Shown here one piece after another: positions 1 through 13,129 of a stretch of DNA of 64,000 nucleotides. The stretch lies in NCBI GenBank assembly GCA_040954595.2, contig CM082577.2, forward strand, positions 11,627,654 to 11,691,653, read 5' to 3'. The stretch's first letter is position 1. The number at the start of each line of letters is the position of its first letter. Position numbers and translations under genes: made by a program. A model generated the notes under the pieces. It saw only the letters and a program-made list of their open reading frames with translations, was not told the DNA's origin and did not search any database. Origin of the DNA: Balanoglossus misakiensis (Eukaryota; Animalia; Hemichordata).

Positions 1-708
1 AAAAATATTTTGAAAATCTCAAATAATTTATTAGCATTGCTGTTGGCATTTATGTATGTATGGTATGTATGTATTATATGTATGAAGACGTTGAACTTTA
101 AAAACAAATGTAAAAATTCAAAAGTCATTACCAATGTTTATAGTTAATAATATGTGATACTTTTTATTTATTACTAGAAATTATTACATCATAACTTATG
201 AAAAACAAATGTAAAAATGCAAAGTCATTTTCAATGTTTATAGTTAATATATTGATACTCTTTATTTATTAAGTAATTATTGCATAACTTATGAATGTAT
301 TTATTGTCTATAATATTTATTCTATTATTATTATTGATGGATAAAAGTGAATTCTTTATCTTTAAAAAACATTTGAACCTTTACAATAAATTGTTATATC
401 AAATACAAACATAAAGTGTGTTTTTTTTTTTTTTTTATCCAGGTAAGATTGTACATTTAAAATGTTACCAGCAATAGAAAGTCAGGCTTTGAATCCTTCA
501 ATGTCGACTTAACCATATATATTTTAATCAATAAATATTTCATGTCCAGAGTCACACTTAACACTTCAAATACACAATATGCATAACAAGATGATAAAAA
601 AACATTTATCCCAGTGCATAACTTATTTTTATAACTAAATCAAGAAAAAAGGTTTCATTTTCATGTGTGAAAGGCAATCCATTAAGATACCTAATGATGT
701 TGACACTC

Positions 709-2361
709 TTAATGTAAATGATTCATGAGTTGCTGTCTTCTGGCAATACCCCCAGGTGCATTCACATGAACATTTGGATATTGGTTTGGATCATCAATAT
801 GCTGTGGATCTAAATCAATATAGTTTTCCACATCATCATGATGGATAATACATAGATTGTGAAGAATACAGCCAGAAATTATAGTCTCACACACATCTTC
901 AGGACTATGCATAGGCAATTCTCTGAGCCTCCTAACACGACCCTTTAAATGCCCAATTGATCGTTCAACATTTTGACGGCAGGATGAAAAGACGCGATTG
1001 AACCTGCGCTGCTGAATGGTTAAAAATCCATTGTCTCTGAAGGGAGTGATAAGCCATTCTCTCAAAGGGTATGCAGAATCACCAATGATGTATCTCCCAG
1101 GACCCATAGTTACTTCATTAGTCTCCAGTCTTGTGTACAGGGAAGAATTTCGAAGGACACGGGCATCGTGTGTACAACCAGGCCATCCAGTGTATGCATT
1201 GGTGATTAATAGATTATCATCAACAATGACCTGAAAAAAAGGACACTTTTTGTCAAGAATCTCCTACATTTATGTAACTTGATAAAATTCTCAATGGCAG
1301 AGACTATCCAACATTTCAACAGGTTTTATTTTTAAATTCAAGAATGACACATGTCATGATGGAAGATATAAATTTTTCTCTATAAAAAAAAAAATGAATT
1401 TTCTTACCTGAAGTTGCATGGATGGATAACCTTTCCTATTTATATAGTCTTGAGCTCCACCAATACAACCAGCCAGTCTAATGTGAGTGCCATCAATAAT
1501 GCCCACTATACCTGGTAAACCACAATCAAGCTGAAAACTCTGTGAAATCTCCCTCTGTCGCTCTTGTGTTGGCCACCTGATAACCTACAAATATTGATAA
1601 GTCATTTTTCAACATTAATTTTTACACATACCTGCAATTATGACAAACATAATATTGGACATTTCAGCTTGCTATACAGAGTGCAGTAGAAAAAAAAATG
1701 TTGACACAGAGAACCATAATACTAAAAGAAAATGCTAAAGGATAATTTTTAACTGTCCCCTTTAATATGTTCTTTGATAGCAATAATTAAACAGAGCTTG
1801 AAATTATGCATTACCAACTGTATATTATTGAAATGTTAAAATATATTTGTATTCAAAAATAATCCATGAAGATAATCTAGAAAATGTACTTTACAATGTA
1901 CTTACATCTTTCATCACAGCAATGATAGCTTTTGTGACACGCTTTACTGTTGAATGGACTGTGGATTTGGAGAGATTGAAAATGTGACCAACTTCTCTGA
2001 TGGATTCCTGGTTTACCATGTACCAAATCCATACCAATAATTGTTTTTCTGGAGGCACTTGAGGGCGGCCACCGCATTGTTCTATTGCCAGTTTGTGGGC
2101 GATGCGACCCAGAACAAACGTGAAGATATCTTTGCAAATACGGAAATGGATGCAAAAATCCTGCAAAGAATACTGAGGTACGATATCTTCGGCAAAATTT
2201 TGTATCTTCGGGACGTATTTTCGGCGCAAAAATAAACAGCTCAGAGAGGCAATGATGGCAGTATTTATTCGGAGTTGCCAAACTGCCGCAGAATCTAAAG
2301 ATTCATCAAAATCCTCAAAAAAAGTACGCAAAAACAAGAAATCTTCGAACTCAGTCGCCAT
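709..2361 (-). CDS. PIF/Harbinger DDE transposase (HARBI1-like), 3 exons: 2361-1906, 1584-1408, 1230-709; ~384 aa, frame intact
   Basis: Phase-0 GT-AG junctions (KD|gtaagt...tgtag|VIRWP; QLQ|gtaaga...tcag|VIVDD). The joined protein has an N-terminal HTH-like region (FCIHFRI...IREVGHIFNLSKSTVH) and DDE_Tnp_4-type motifs GIIDGTHI, YINRKGYPS, GWPGCTHDARV, IGDSAYP, VERSIGHLKGR, CILHNLC. Confidence 0.92.
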
Positions 2362-2459
2362 ATTTGTTTACATGGGTTGCTACGCTAGTATCGTTCGTTT
2401 GAAATCTCCCGGGTTACGCTTATGCGCATGCGAACTAGAATGGGATGACGTCAGCGGCA

Positions 2460-2495
2460 GCTACTCGGGTCGCTACTCGGGTCACAATCGAACTT
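2460..2495. repeat. Direct 12-bp repeat GCTACTCGGGTC x2 upstream of the transposase ATG; possible subterminal repeat or end of the Harbinger element
   Basis: GCTACTCGGGTC at 2460-2471 and 2472-2483. No partner terminus was seen, so it would lie left of the window. Confidence 0.3.
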
Positions 2496-2509
2496 GGTGA
2501 TGGGTGATA

Positions 2510-2930
2510 GGCCTCCTTCGCCTCTCATCACCTCCTCCCAACATCACCTCCACTGCCTCCTCTGCCTCCTCCCAACATCATGCTTTGCAGAAAGTCCACC
2601 AATCAAAGCACGTTCCATATATACTTAGCCATATCTCAATTTTCCACCAACTTAGGGGACCATGTCTGCCTCCTCCTCCTCCTCAGCTCCTCCTCCTCCT
2701 CAGCTCCTCCTCCTCCTCCTCCTCCTCCTCCTCCGCCTCCTTCTCAGCTCCTCCTCCTCAGCTCCTCATCCTCCGCCTCCTCCTCCTCCGCCTCCTCCTC
2801 CTCAGCTCCTCAGCTCCTCCTCCTCAGCTCCTCCTCCTCAGCTCCTCCTCCTCAGCTCCTCAGCTCCTCCTCCTCAGCTCCTCAGCTCCTCAGCTCCTCA
2901 TCCTCAGCTCCTCAGCTCCTCATCCTCCCC
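2510..2930. repeat. Low-complexity (CCT)n/(CTCCTCAG)n tract
   Basis: Degenerate CCT/CTCAG repeats; explain the poly-S/P/L ORFs in all frames. Confidence 0.95.
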
Positions 2931-3443
2931 AAATCCGAGTGCTACGGCTCCAACCTATACTACTATGGTAAATTCACACAATAATAGTAGAGCTCTAATC
3001 TCGCACAGCCACACAGGAATTACAATGCGTATATCCAAATCCAAAACTTTTGCCTTTAAAAATCTTATTTGCGACGGCGCAATAGGCATTTCAAGGCAAC
3101 TGTATTAGGTTCAGGCTCTAGTATACAGAATTCAGGCAGTGTCTGACCCATTGTGTTCCAAGTCACAAATAGTACTCACTGATACAGTCAGTTTCAAAGA
3201 TAATAGCTACATGCGCATGAAAATCACCTCCTGTGTAGACCTGATCTTTGGTTTGCAGAATGTGTGTGCTAGCGTTTAACTTGCCGACAATGAATTTATA
3301 GATGTTATGAGGTTACTCCGACTTCTGTGTACCAAGCATGAGGACTGAACACACATGTGTAAAGATATTATCCAAAGGAAACATCACTTTTATACGAAAC
3401 AATCATAGAATGACAATGATGTTCATTATATTCCCAATAAGCT

Positions 3444-3449
3444 TTTATT
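3444..3449 (-). terminator. Putative polyadenylation signal AATAAA in the last (3'UTR) exon of paralogue 1
   Basis: Donor gtaatg ~16 nt after the stop codon; strong acceptor ttctttgtttctag at 3610; AATAAA ~160 nt downstream, conserved in copy 2 (~9744). Confidence 0.45.
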
Positions 3450-3969
3450 CACCAAATGTTGCCTTTTCAGCAAAAGGCAGCATAATTATGCAAAGAAATA
3501 CAACCACAGTCCATAACAAGATCAAATGAGAAATACATTATTTTGTAGGATGACCTATCAGGAGAGCTGTCAACAAGTTATACGTCGTGTCGCCCCCTGG
3601 GTGTCGCCCCTAGAAACAAAGAAGAGAATAGAAGACATGTACATAACTGCAGTTTTCGCAATAATCATGTAATTATTCAGCCTTATGCGGCAGTTCAGAA
3701 CTATTAAATTAATCCAATAGTGCAGACACCATAGTCATATTTTTGCACCGAAAAATAAATATTTGAAATACTTAATGCACAAAATTACAAAATCAGCGAT
3801 AATTTTCTTAATTTGGATCAAATGAAATAGAATAACACACACTATCGTGTGGTAGATGATGAAAGATACCATGTTAACTTTCTATGTGTTGCGCATTAGA
3901 ATTGTCATGAATCGATTTATGACGTCTAGAAGTATTGGGTTCAAACATTCTGTGTTGACATATTTCCTT

Positions 3970-4144
3970 CATACATACATACATACATACATACATACAT
4001 ACATACATACATACATACATACATACATACATACATACATACATACATACATACATACATACATACATACATACATACATACATACATACATACATACGT
4101 ACGTACGTACATTCATACATACATACATACATACATACATACAT

Positions 4145-4213
<69 letters not shown>

Positions 4214-4274
4214 TACATACATACATACATACATACATACATACATACATACATACATACATACATACATACAT
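3970..4274. repeat. (TACA)n/(CA)n compound microsatellite in the putative 3'UTR intron
   Basis: Visible repeat; source of the YIHT/MYVC ORFs. Confidence 0.97.
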
Positions 4275-4293
4275 TACCCAGTCAGTTGGTTCT

Positions 4294-5297
4294 TTAGTAG
4301 GGCTGATTACACCCATTCGAATACAACGCATCTTCTAGGTTTGTGGTTTCAGAGGGGTACGACACACAACCTACACTAAATATGCAGTCATAGGTAGCCT
4401 GAGAACAAAATAGTAATGGGGAAAATAAGTCAATAAAATGATGATTTAGACTGATTGTTTTAGACTAAACGGGTGCAGAAACGCAACACATCATGAATGT
4501 ATATATCCTGCTATAAAAATGATTCAAGCATAGGTCATAAACTAGACTATTATATCTTATCTGTATTGGCGATGTTATTTCTTCCGCCAATTATAAGATG
4601 TGTGGCAAACTACACGTGATATGTCTATTTAGAAACTGAGGTCTGACTGAGCACTTGGTGCAGATAGAATGTCAGAACACTTAAAACATGCAATTAATTC
4701 AAAGATTAGCTAGATGTATTCAATAAGTTTTGAATTTTGTATTGTTCCAGTACCATTTACGGAAGGTTTACTTGTACAACTTTTTTTTCCATAGAAATCA
4801 ACACTAGATGATCCCGTCGTACCTAATAATTACAGGCAATTAGATTTTTTCATTTACAAACTACATATCAACCCACCTGTATTTCATCGCAGGTGGTATA
4901 TTCCATTGCAGCACGGTCAAAGCAGGACATCAATATTCTCCATTCTTCAAACTCACACTGCCGCATGAAGAAAAAAATTAAGCAGGCAGTTTAACGTGAA
5001 ATTTCTTTAAATATGAAGATCAGCGAATACATTTATGTCAAGTGTGTGTTTTTATTAAACAAGACCACGGGTTGCTTTTCAAACATGGAATGGAAAACAG
5101 CATAGAAACATTTTCTTTTTATTAATTGATGAAAAAATCGATGGTTAGTACATTCCTTCTACGCGACTCAGTCTGTTCACATTTTTTTTCAATGTTGATG
5201 GTTGATGCCGAATTTAAGAAACACTCACCAGAGGTAAGGCACTGACTTTGACAGTGGCTGCACAGGCCAACAACATTATCATCATTATAATCTTCAT
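4294..5297 (-). CDS. Small secreted six-cysteine peptide, paralogue 1; coding exons 5297-5229, 4957-4877, 4398-4294 (84 aa)
   Basis: MKIIMMIMLLACAATVKVSALPL|gtgagt...gcag|CEFEEWRILMSCFDRAAMEYTTCDEIQ|gtgggt...ctcag|ATYDCIFSVGCVSYPSETTNLEDALYSNGCNQPY*. Canonical phase-0 junctions and a hydrophobic signal peptide; structure conserved in the second copy. Confidence 0.85.
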
Positions 5298-6060
5298 AGC
5301 CTGTAAACACGTATTGTACAACATTGTCAATATACGCGAAGTATGCATTTACCATGTTTTGTTGTCATAATGTTCACTACTGTTGTATTATGGTTACATG
5401 ACTATGGATTTAACGTCACACTAAATATAGTGTCCTAACACTAAAGGGTTCGCGTCCACTTGAGATTTCATATTCGGGCGATATTTTCAATATCATACAC
5501 GCAACGCCTGTATTTGCCGCTTTCTATTGTTCTCGCAGTGAAGATATTAGCCGGTATTTTCACCGAGTGAAAATACCGTATATTGTCTCATCACTGCACA
5601 TGTCAGTTTTTAAAACCTAGGCGGGTTCGCATGACAGTTAGGCGAGCGAGGCTTTATTTTCACATATTTCTCACTATCAGAGAGTAGCTATTAACAAGGG
5701 CACCCACATAACTACGATTATCAATGGTTTGTGTAAATGTGCGCAGCCAAAAGTAGTCATGGTAACTTCATGTTTTCACTATTATAGTACCGTCTCACAA
5801 AATAGAATGTTTGAAGGTTCCTTCCGACAGTATTCCCCTTTGTCAGAATATTCTGAACGTCTACTCAAATATCATGTGGGCAATACTCAGAGGAACTTAT
5901 CCTGCTAGTAAAATATCAAAGGTAATATGGAAAGAATTTAGTCATACTTACTGGTCTTGGAGAGTAACCTTGAACTGGTCTTGGAGAGTAGTCTTGTGAT
6001 CGCAGGTTACACTAATCTGGCAAGTCAGTTTACACTGGAACCAGTAGAACATTTACCCTG

Positions 6061-6067
6061 TTTTATA
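6061..6067 (-). promoter_or_regulatory. TATA box (TATAAAA) of paralogue 1, followed by a putative non-coding first exon ~6035-5952
   Basis: TATAAAA on the minus strand; donor GTAAGT at 5951; acceptor tttacag 3 nt before the ATG. Equivalent TATAAA at 11984-11989 and donor at 11849 in copy 2. Confidence 0.55.
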
Positions 6068-6464
6068 TCATTCGAATCGCATATCCTAATTAATGCAAAA
6101 CTGAACTATACTTAGTCGATGACGGATGGACTTTTACAAACATAAATTGTATTAAGTGAACAAAAAACAGAAAACAAAGGGAGAAGTAGTGCCCCAGGTA
6201 GCCTTCTCAATTCCACCCACTTTCAGTTGGAACGGGTCAGTTTTTATTGCGTTTTTTGTGTATAGATAGATATTTATACGGCACCTAGTTGTCAGCTTCG
6301 GACATGCAGTCAATCTTTCAAACTTAATATAGTATTCTGAAACGTATTCTAGGAAATGACGAAAACCCGTGTGAAAACGCATGTTGTTTGTTTGTTTGCT
6401 CTCTACAAGTTTGAAACCACGTTTTCAGAGATAGAGATGTGTGCCCCACTGAGTCTACGAACCC

Positions 6465-6970
6465 TGTGCCAACAAACCAACCTGCAGACTGATCAACCCA
6501 CGAAGTCCGAAATTGGCAAAATAAGCAAAGAAATCCTCTACCTAATTAACAAGAAAATAACAACAGTTCCCACAGTCAACCAATGCAAACACACTTCAAC
6601 ATCGGAACAGAAATCTGCCGACTGTTCATAAACAATGGACTCAAAATCACTCTAGAATCTAACAAGCAAGTTGGCAATTTCCTGGTCGTCACATTCAGCC
6701 AAGCCAAGCCAACCCTTCACAAAACCTGACACCACACTCCAATATGTCAACCGCGAAAGCAACCAGCCTGCCGGTCGGAATCAACAAGCGACTCTCCCAA
6801 CTATCATCCAAACAAGCTAGCACCCCCCCCCCCCCGACCAAGCCGCCCAGCCGTACAAAAAAGCACTCGATGCCAGTGAAATACACTCTCCGGTACGAAC
6901 CATCAAGAATCACGAAAAAAAGAAACAGACGAAGATAGAACATCATGTGGTACAATCCCCCATTCACCAA
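6465..6970 (+). pseudogene. Degenerate, internally deleted Penelope-like retroelement RT fragment
   Basis: Frameshifted translation gives NKPTCRLINP..KSEIGKISKEIL..INKKI, NNGLKITLESNKQVGNFLVVTF, YVNRESN, INKRLSQLSS, KKRNRRR*NIMWYNPPF, recognised from memory as typical of Penelope-like ORFs. Confidence 0.7.
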
Positions 6971-6989
6971 AAAAAAAACGGACAGAAAT

Positions 6990-7572
6990 GTTTTGTGTAT
7001 GACGGGTTTGGCATGTATCTCTATTGATGACGTATCCAATTCCAAAGCACTGGAAAGTGCCATGTGAACATACATGGTATCAATCACAAGTGTTCTCGTT
7101 CTGTCCATCCCTTTGTCTCCGTATGTCTCTGCCCGTTTGTCTATCTGTCTGTATGTTTCTCTGACAGTCTATTTGTATGCATGTCTTTGTTTCTCTCGTG
7201 TACAACAGCAGAACAGATGGCATTTCAGTCACGCAAAAGAAATTGATTGCATTTCACCAATTTTCAGTTGGAACGGGTCAGTTTTTTATTTTAAGTGTAT
7301 AAATAGATGTATACGGCACCTAGTTGTCAGCTTTGGACATGCATTCAATATTTCAATCTAAATATAATATTCTGAAACGTTTTCTTGGAAATGACGAAAC
7401 GTTTCAAAACGTGTGTTGTTTGTTAATTGTTCTCTGCAAGTTTGAAACCACGTTTTCAGAGATAGAGATGTGTGCTCCACTGAGTCTACGAACCATGTGC
7501 CTTGCTGTTTGAATTGACACGGGTAGTCCCGTCCGCGAATGTGCTACACAAAAGTATATTACTTATACACTT
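6990..7572 (+). repeat. Interspersed repeat with a (TCTG)-like microsatellite; inverted copy at 13566-14170, partial copies at 6220-6470 and 12828-13135
   Basis: 7020-7572 is the reverse complement of ~13566-14140. Confidence 0.8.
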
Positions 7573-10207
7573 CAGCCCTTTAATGACTCATGAGCGGTGT
7601 TGCTATTTGACATCTGACTGTTGACTAGTGAAATTAAACAAATTTGCCTTTGTTACCCGAAAGACAACAAGAAAGGCCATCCTGGACAGCTACCGAGCGG
7701 TTAAGCAGAGAAACGTATTACCATTCGCAATCCGGAATTTTCCACACTTAATAAAAGAAATGACTTTTGCCTGAAGCAAAGTATTGGTATGCACCAACTA
7801 GATATAGACACTACCCACACAACTCACTTCTTCTCATGTATACTCTTAGCAGCAGCTACACATGCAAAACTGCCCACCCGGACCAACAACCCATATGTGT
7901 ACGTGTATATAACCACGTATTCTCCCCTGTGTTCCCGCCAGTTTAGCCAGCGACTCACAAAACAACGTTGTAGAGATAATACCGCCTATCGTTTCTCCAG
8001 CTACCCTTACACTAACGTTTGGCAACATAATCATTCCGAAATATATTAGGCCGTGTATCTAGCTGTCAGCAATGTCCATTTCAGAAAAAATATATTTACA
8101 TACTCCTCACAATTTATAAGAATGTTTTTCCCAACCACTCGCTACACACAACTGATTGGCCGGAGCAATGACCCGGGCGTTGCTAATAGTTGGAAAATTA
8201 TTAGCATCAGTTAGCAAAATCTGTTCCATGGTGATTGACTTGAACGATGTCAAGAGTCAAAACCATATGGTGACCCCGTCGCCGTGACATCGCTTTTTGA
8301 GTTCTATTGACATGCAGATCTTAAAAATGTAAGGTTGTTGGTTGCGTGGCCAGACCCTTGTGTGTTGGTATGGAGACCAGGTTATCGTCTGTGTGCCCGT
8401 AACTTTTCATCCAGAGGGGAGCTCGGCTGACGGGTTGGCGAAGCCGACGGTTATGCTAATATTAATAAGTAATCATGTGCAGAATTTGTCCTCTGCTCTA
8501 ACTGTCGTCCAAGTGCAGCAGGTGTGATGAAATGTTTTTCAATATCTTTAATGATCTCTGTGTTAACTATATGGAGACATCCACGCTGTAACAACTATCC
8601 GATGAGAGCGCCCTCTATAGTACATATCGTTTATTCTCTTGTATTGTACATTGTCGTTGATACCTACTTGTTCCGCCATATACTATTAAACTCATCGATG
8701 TTACATACCGTTGTCTGTGTATTTACACGTCCATCACAGCAGGGACCGGACCGGTCAAGTGACTGGAAGTTGTGAGAACATATATATGTCCAACATCACC
8801 ACTGTGCATCTCTGCTGTGTAACGGTTGTCACCAAGGTTATTGGTTATTATTGTACTTCCCTCTCGAAAAGTTCAAGTTCATTAATTATACATTAGTGTT
8901 AGGAAGTCCCCGGTACAACCATAAAATTCAGTCTATGACGTCATTTTCAGAGGCCGAGAACTCGGATAGGCATTCCCGTTATACTGACGATACTATGTCC
9001 ACTGAAGAGTCTTACCTGCCTGAACAAATCTTTGATTTTTGAGAGTTTTGAATGGATTCACACAGACGTCTTGTGACTGGTATATGTATTGCTTGTAACC
9101 AATCATTTTAGAAAAATTCCTGTCGCACCCAGATTGCATTGTAATTTCTGGCTTCACCTGAAAGATAATCCGAACCAAATATCCAACTGTTTGAACATTG
9201 GACGTGCAAGGGAGGGGGGGATCCTCTTGATTCGTATACATACATGTATATACAATCAATCCATAATAATAGAAGAGCTCTAATCTCCCGGAGCCAATCA
9301 GCGAGTAGAATACGTATGTCCAAATCGTACAATTTTCCCTAAGAAAATTTTACGACGGCGCAAATATCATTCCCAGACAATTGTGATAGCTCCGGGCTCA
9401 AGTAGTGTGGAATTCAGAATACAGGCAGTGTCTATGACCCATTGCGTTCCAACTCACAAAAAGTATACTCATTGATACAATCAGTTTCAGAGATATTGGT
9501 AAATTTACATGAACATCCCATCCTGTGTTGACCATGATATGTGGTCATTGATTTGCAGAAAATGTGTGTGCTAGCGTTTAACTTGTCGACACTGAATTTA
9601 GATGTTGTGAGATTACTCCGACTTCTGTGTACCAAGCATGATGACCGAACACACGTGTACAAAGATATTATCCAAACGAAACATCACTTTTATACGAAAC
9701 AATCATAGAATGACAATGATGTTCATTATATTCCCAATAAGCTTTTATTCACCAAATGTTGCCTTTTCAGCAAAATGCAGCATAACTATGCAAAGAAATA
9801 CAACCACAGTCCATAACAAGATCAAATGAGAAATTTATTATTTAGTCGGATGTCCTATCAGGAGAGCTGTCAACAAGTTATACGTCGTGTCGCCCCTAGA
9901 AACAAAGAAGAGAATAGAAGACATGTACATAACTGCAGTTTTCGCAATAATCATGTAATTATGCAATCTTATGTGGCAGTTCAGAACTATTAAATTAATC
10001 CAATAGTGCAGACACCATAGTCATATTTTTGCACCAAAAACTAAATAGTTGAAATACTTGGAAACGATAATTATCTTAATTTGGATCAAATGAAATCCAA
10101 TAACACACACTATTCAGTGTGGTAGATGGTGAAAGATACCATTTTAAGTTTCGATGTGAATAGATTTATGACGTCTAGAAGTATTGGGTTCAAATATTCT
10201 GTGTTGA

Positions 10208-10337
10208 TATACATACATACATACATACATACATACATACATACATACATACATACATACATACATACATACATACATACATACATACATACATACATAC
10301 ATACATACATACATACATACATACATACATACATACA

Positions 10338-10433
<96 letters not shown>

Positions 10434-10462
10434 TACATACATACATACATACATACATACAT
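10208..10462. repeat. (TACA)n/(CACG)n/(CA)n microsatellite
   Basis: Visible repeat, in the position equivalent to 3970-4274. Confidence 0.97.
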
Positions 10463-10538
10463 TTACGTACATGTAGATACATAATATACATAGGCCTAAT
10501 AAATAGGTTATAATTATTTTACCCAGTCAGTTGGTTCT

Positions 10539-11189
10539 TTAGTAGGGCTGATAACACCCATTCGAATTCAGCGCATCTTCTAGGTCTGTGATTTGAGAGG
10601 GGTACGACACACAACCTACAGTAAATATGCAGTCATAGGTAGCCTATGAACAAAATAGTAATGGGGAAAAATAAGTCAATAAAAATGATGTAAGCAATGA
10701 TTGTTTTAGACTAAACGGGTGCAGAAATGCAACACATCATATTTTTTCATTTACAAACTACATATCAACCCACCTGTATTTGATCGCAGGTAGTATATTC
10801 CATTGCAGCACGGTCAAAGCAGGACATCAATGTTCTCCATTCTTCAAACTCACACTGCCGCATGAAGAAAAAATTAAGCAGGCAGTTTAACGTGAAATTT
10901 CTTTAATATGAAGATCAGTGAATACATTTATGTCAAGTGTTTTAAACAAACAAGACCACAGGTTGCTTTTCAAACATGGAATGGAAAACAGCATAGAAAC
11001 ATTTTCTTTTTATTAATTGATGAAAAAATCGATGGTTAGTGCATTCCTCCTACGCGACTCAGTCTGTTCACATTTTTTTTTCAATGTCGATGGTTGATGG
11101 CGAATTTAAGAAACACTCACCAGAGGTAAGGCACTGACTTTGACAGTGGCTGCACAGGCCAACAACATTATCATCATTATAATCTTCAT
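10539..11189 (-). CDS. Small secreted six-cysteine peptide, paralogue 2; coding exons 11189-11121, 10854-10774, 10643-10539 (84 aa)
   Basis: MKIIMMIMLLACAATVKVSALPL|CEFEEWRTLMSCFDRAAMEYTTCDQIQ|ATYDCIFTVGCVSYPSQITDLEDALNSNGCYQPY*. All splice sites and all six mature Cys retained. Confidence 0.85.
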
Positions 11190-13129
11190 AGCCTGTAAAC
11201 GCATATTGTACAACATTGTCAATATACGCGAAGTATGCATTTACCATGTTTTGTTGTCATAATGTTCACTACTGTTGTATTATGGTTACATGACTATGGA
11301 TTTAACGTCACACTAAATATAGTGTCCTAACACTAAAGGGTTCGCGTCCACTTGAGATTTCATATTCGGGCGATATTTTCAATATCATACACGCAACGCC
11401 TGTATTTGCCGCTTTCTATTGTTCTCGCAGTGAAGATATTTCACCGAGTGAAAATACCGTATATTGTCTCATCCCTGCACAGAGTTTTGTCAATGTCAGT
11501 TTTTAAATCCTAGGTGGGTTCGCATGACAGTTTGGGCGAGCGAGGCTTTACTTTCACATATTCCTGACTATCAGTGAGTAGCTATTAACAGAAGCACCCA
11601 CGGAACACCGATTATCAACGGTTTGTATAAATGTGAACGGCCAAAACTATAGTCATGGTCACTTCATGTTTTCACTATAGTACCGTCTCACAAAATAGAA
11701 TGTTTAAAGGTTCCTTCCGACAGTATTCCCCTTTGTCAGAATATTCTGAACGTCTACTCAAATATCATGTGGGCAATACTCAGAGGAACTTATCCTGCTA
11801 GTAAAATATCAAACTTAAGGTAATATGGAAAGAGTTGAGTCATACTTACTGGTCTTGGAGAGTAATCTTGTACTGGTCTTGGAGAGTAATCTTGTACTGG
11901 TCTTGGAGAGTAATCTTGTGATCGCAGGTTGCACTAATCTGGCAAGTCAGTTTACACTGGAACCAGTAGAACATTTACCCTGCTTTATATCATTCCAATC
12001 GCATATCCTATATAATTAATGCAAAACTGAACTATACTTAGTTGATGATGGATGGACTTTTAGAAACATAAATTGTATTAAATGACCCAAAAAAACAGAA
12101 AATAAAGGAAGTAGTAGTGCCACAGGTAGCATTTTCAAAAGACTGGTACATCTATTTTCATACGTCCATTTTTTATCCAAAGGGACCCCAGCCACCTTTC
12201 GACATTGCCTCATCGTAAGACGCTAGTCTCTTTCTCGTCTTACTGTGATAAAAAAATATGAACACCCCGTTTTGAATTAAACCCCCCCCCCCCCACTTAG
12301 CACCCAGCAAGGAATTCTCCGCCTTAAAGTACAACCGATGTTTCAACGGTTTTAACAGAGTCTATGGGTCAATACTGCCCACAAACAGACATAATGTCAC
12401 AGGACATGAAATGACATTTTAGTTAATCGGATACAAACTCGGTATTCCTATACAGCAGAAGCATCAACATACGAAACATTTCAGTCAAACTCCTTAGCCC
12501 TGTGCTGGGTTGAGTGTGAACTGTTTAAAAAAATTCATATCATTTTCAAACGGCATTGCATAGACCTCTAAATTCCGTGACGCATATTAAGTTTGCGATA
12601 AGATTAACCGGGTGTTCGCTTCCCGACTGTCGAATTCATCAGACCGACCTGATGAGTAATAGTCTGATTATACGCAATCCGTGTTTATTATTGACTATAT
12701 TAAAAGTAGTGAAACTTTAAAAGGAAAATACGATTAAAAACTCTGGACAAGAATCTAATTAATTGGATAGATTAGAAACTGTGGTTATACTTTATAATGT
12801 ATAGTCAAAAGGCAGTAACACACGTCTTAGCAGAACAGATGGCATTTCAGTCACGCAAAATAAATTGATTGCATTTCACCCATTTTCAGGTGAAACGGGT
12901 CAGTTTTTATTGTGTTTTTGTGTATAAATAAATATATAAGGCACCTAGTTGTCAGCTTCGGACATGCATTCAATCTTTCAATCTAAATGTGATATTCTGA
13001 AACGTTTTCTAGGAAATGACGAAAACCCGTGCGAGAACGTATGTTGTTTGTTTGTTTGTTTGTTGTCTGCACGTTTGAAACCACGTTTTCAGTAATATAT
13101 ATGTGTGCCCCACTGAGTCTTTAAGAACC

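Larger units (their letters stand above)
2985..6815. repeat. Segmental duplication, copy A (partner ~9270-13477)
   Basis: Colinear near-identical sequence 3260-6200 vs 9565-12130 and 6220-6815 vs 12880-13477. Copy B lacks ~4495-4845 of A and has ~700 bp extra at 12130-12830. Confidence 0.9.

Noticed and set aside
2504-3108. Poly-Ser/Pro/Leu ORFs in three frames
   Set aside because: Products of a (CCT)n low-complexity tract; no splice or domain support.
3856-4338. YIHT/MYVC repeat ORFs (also 10110-10476)
   Set aside because: Translations of (TACA)n microsatellites.
5122-5355. 77-aa ORF MVNAYFAY...
   Set aside because: Wrong frame; the overlapping frame starting at 5297 gives the signal peptide and splices in phase to the downstream exons.
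7600-9260. Short ORFs between the duplicated segments
   Set aside because: No recognisable motifs or consistent exon chain.
12620-12690. Hammerhead-ribozyme-like CTGATGA with adjacent stems near the Penelope fragment
   Set aside because: GCAA instead of GAAA, and no NUH site or stem III could be formed.
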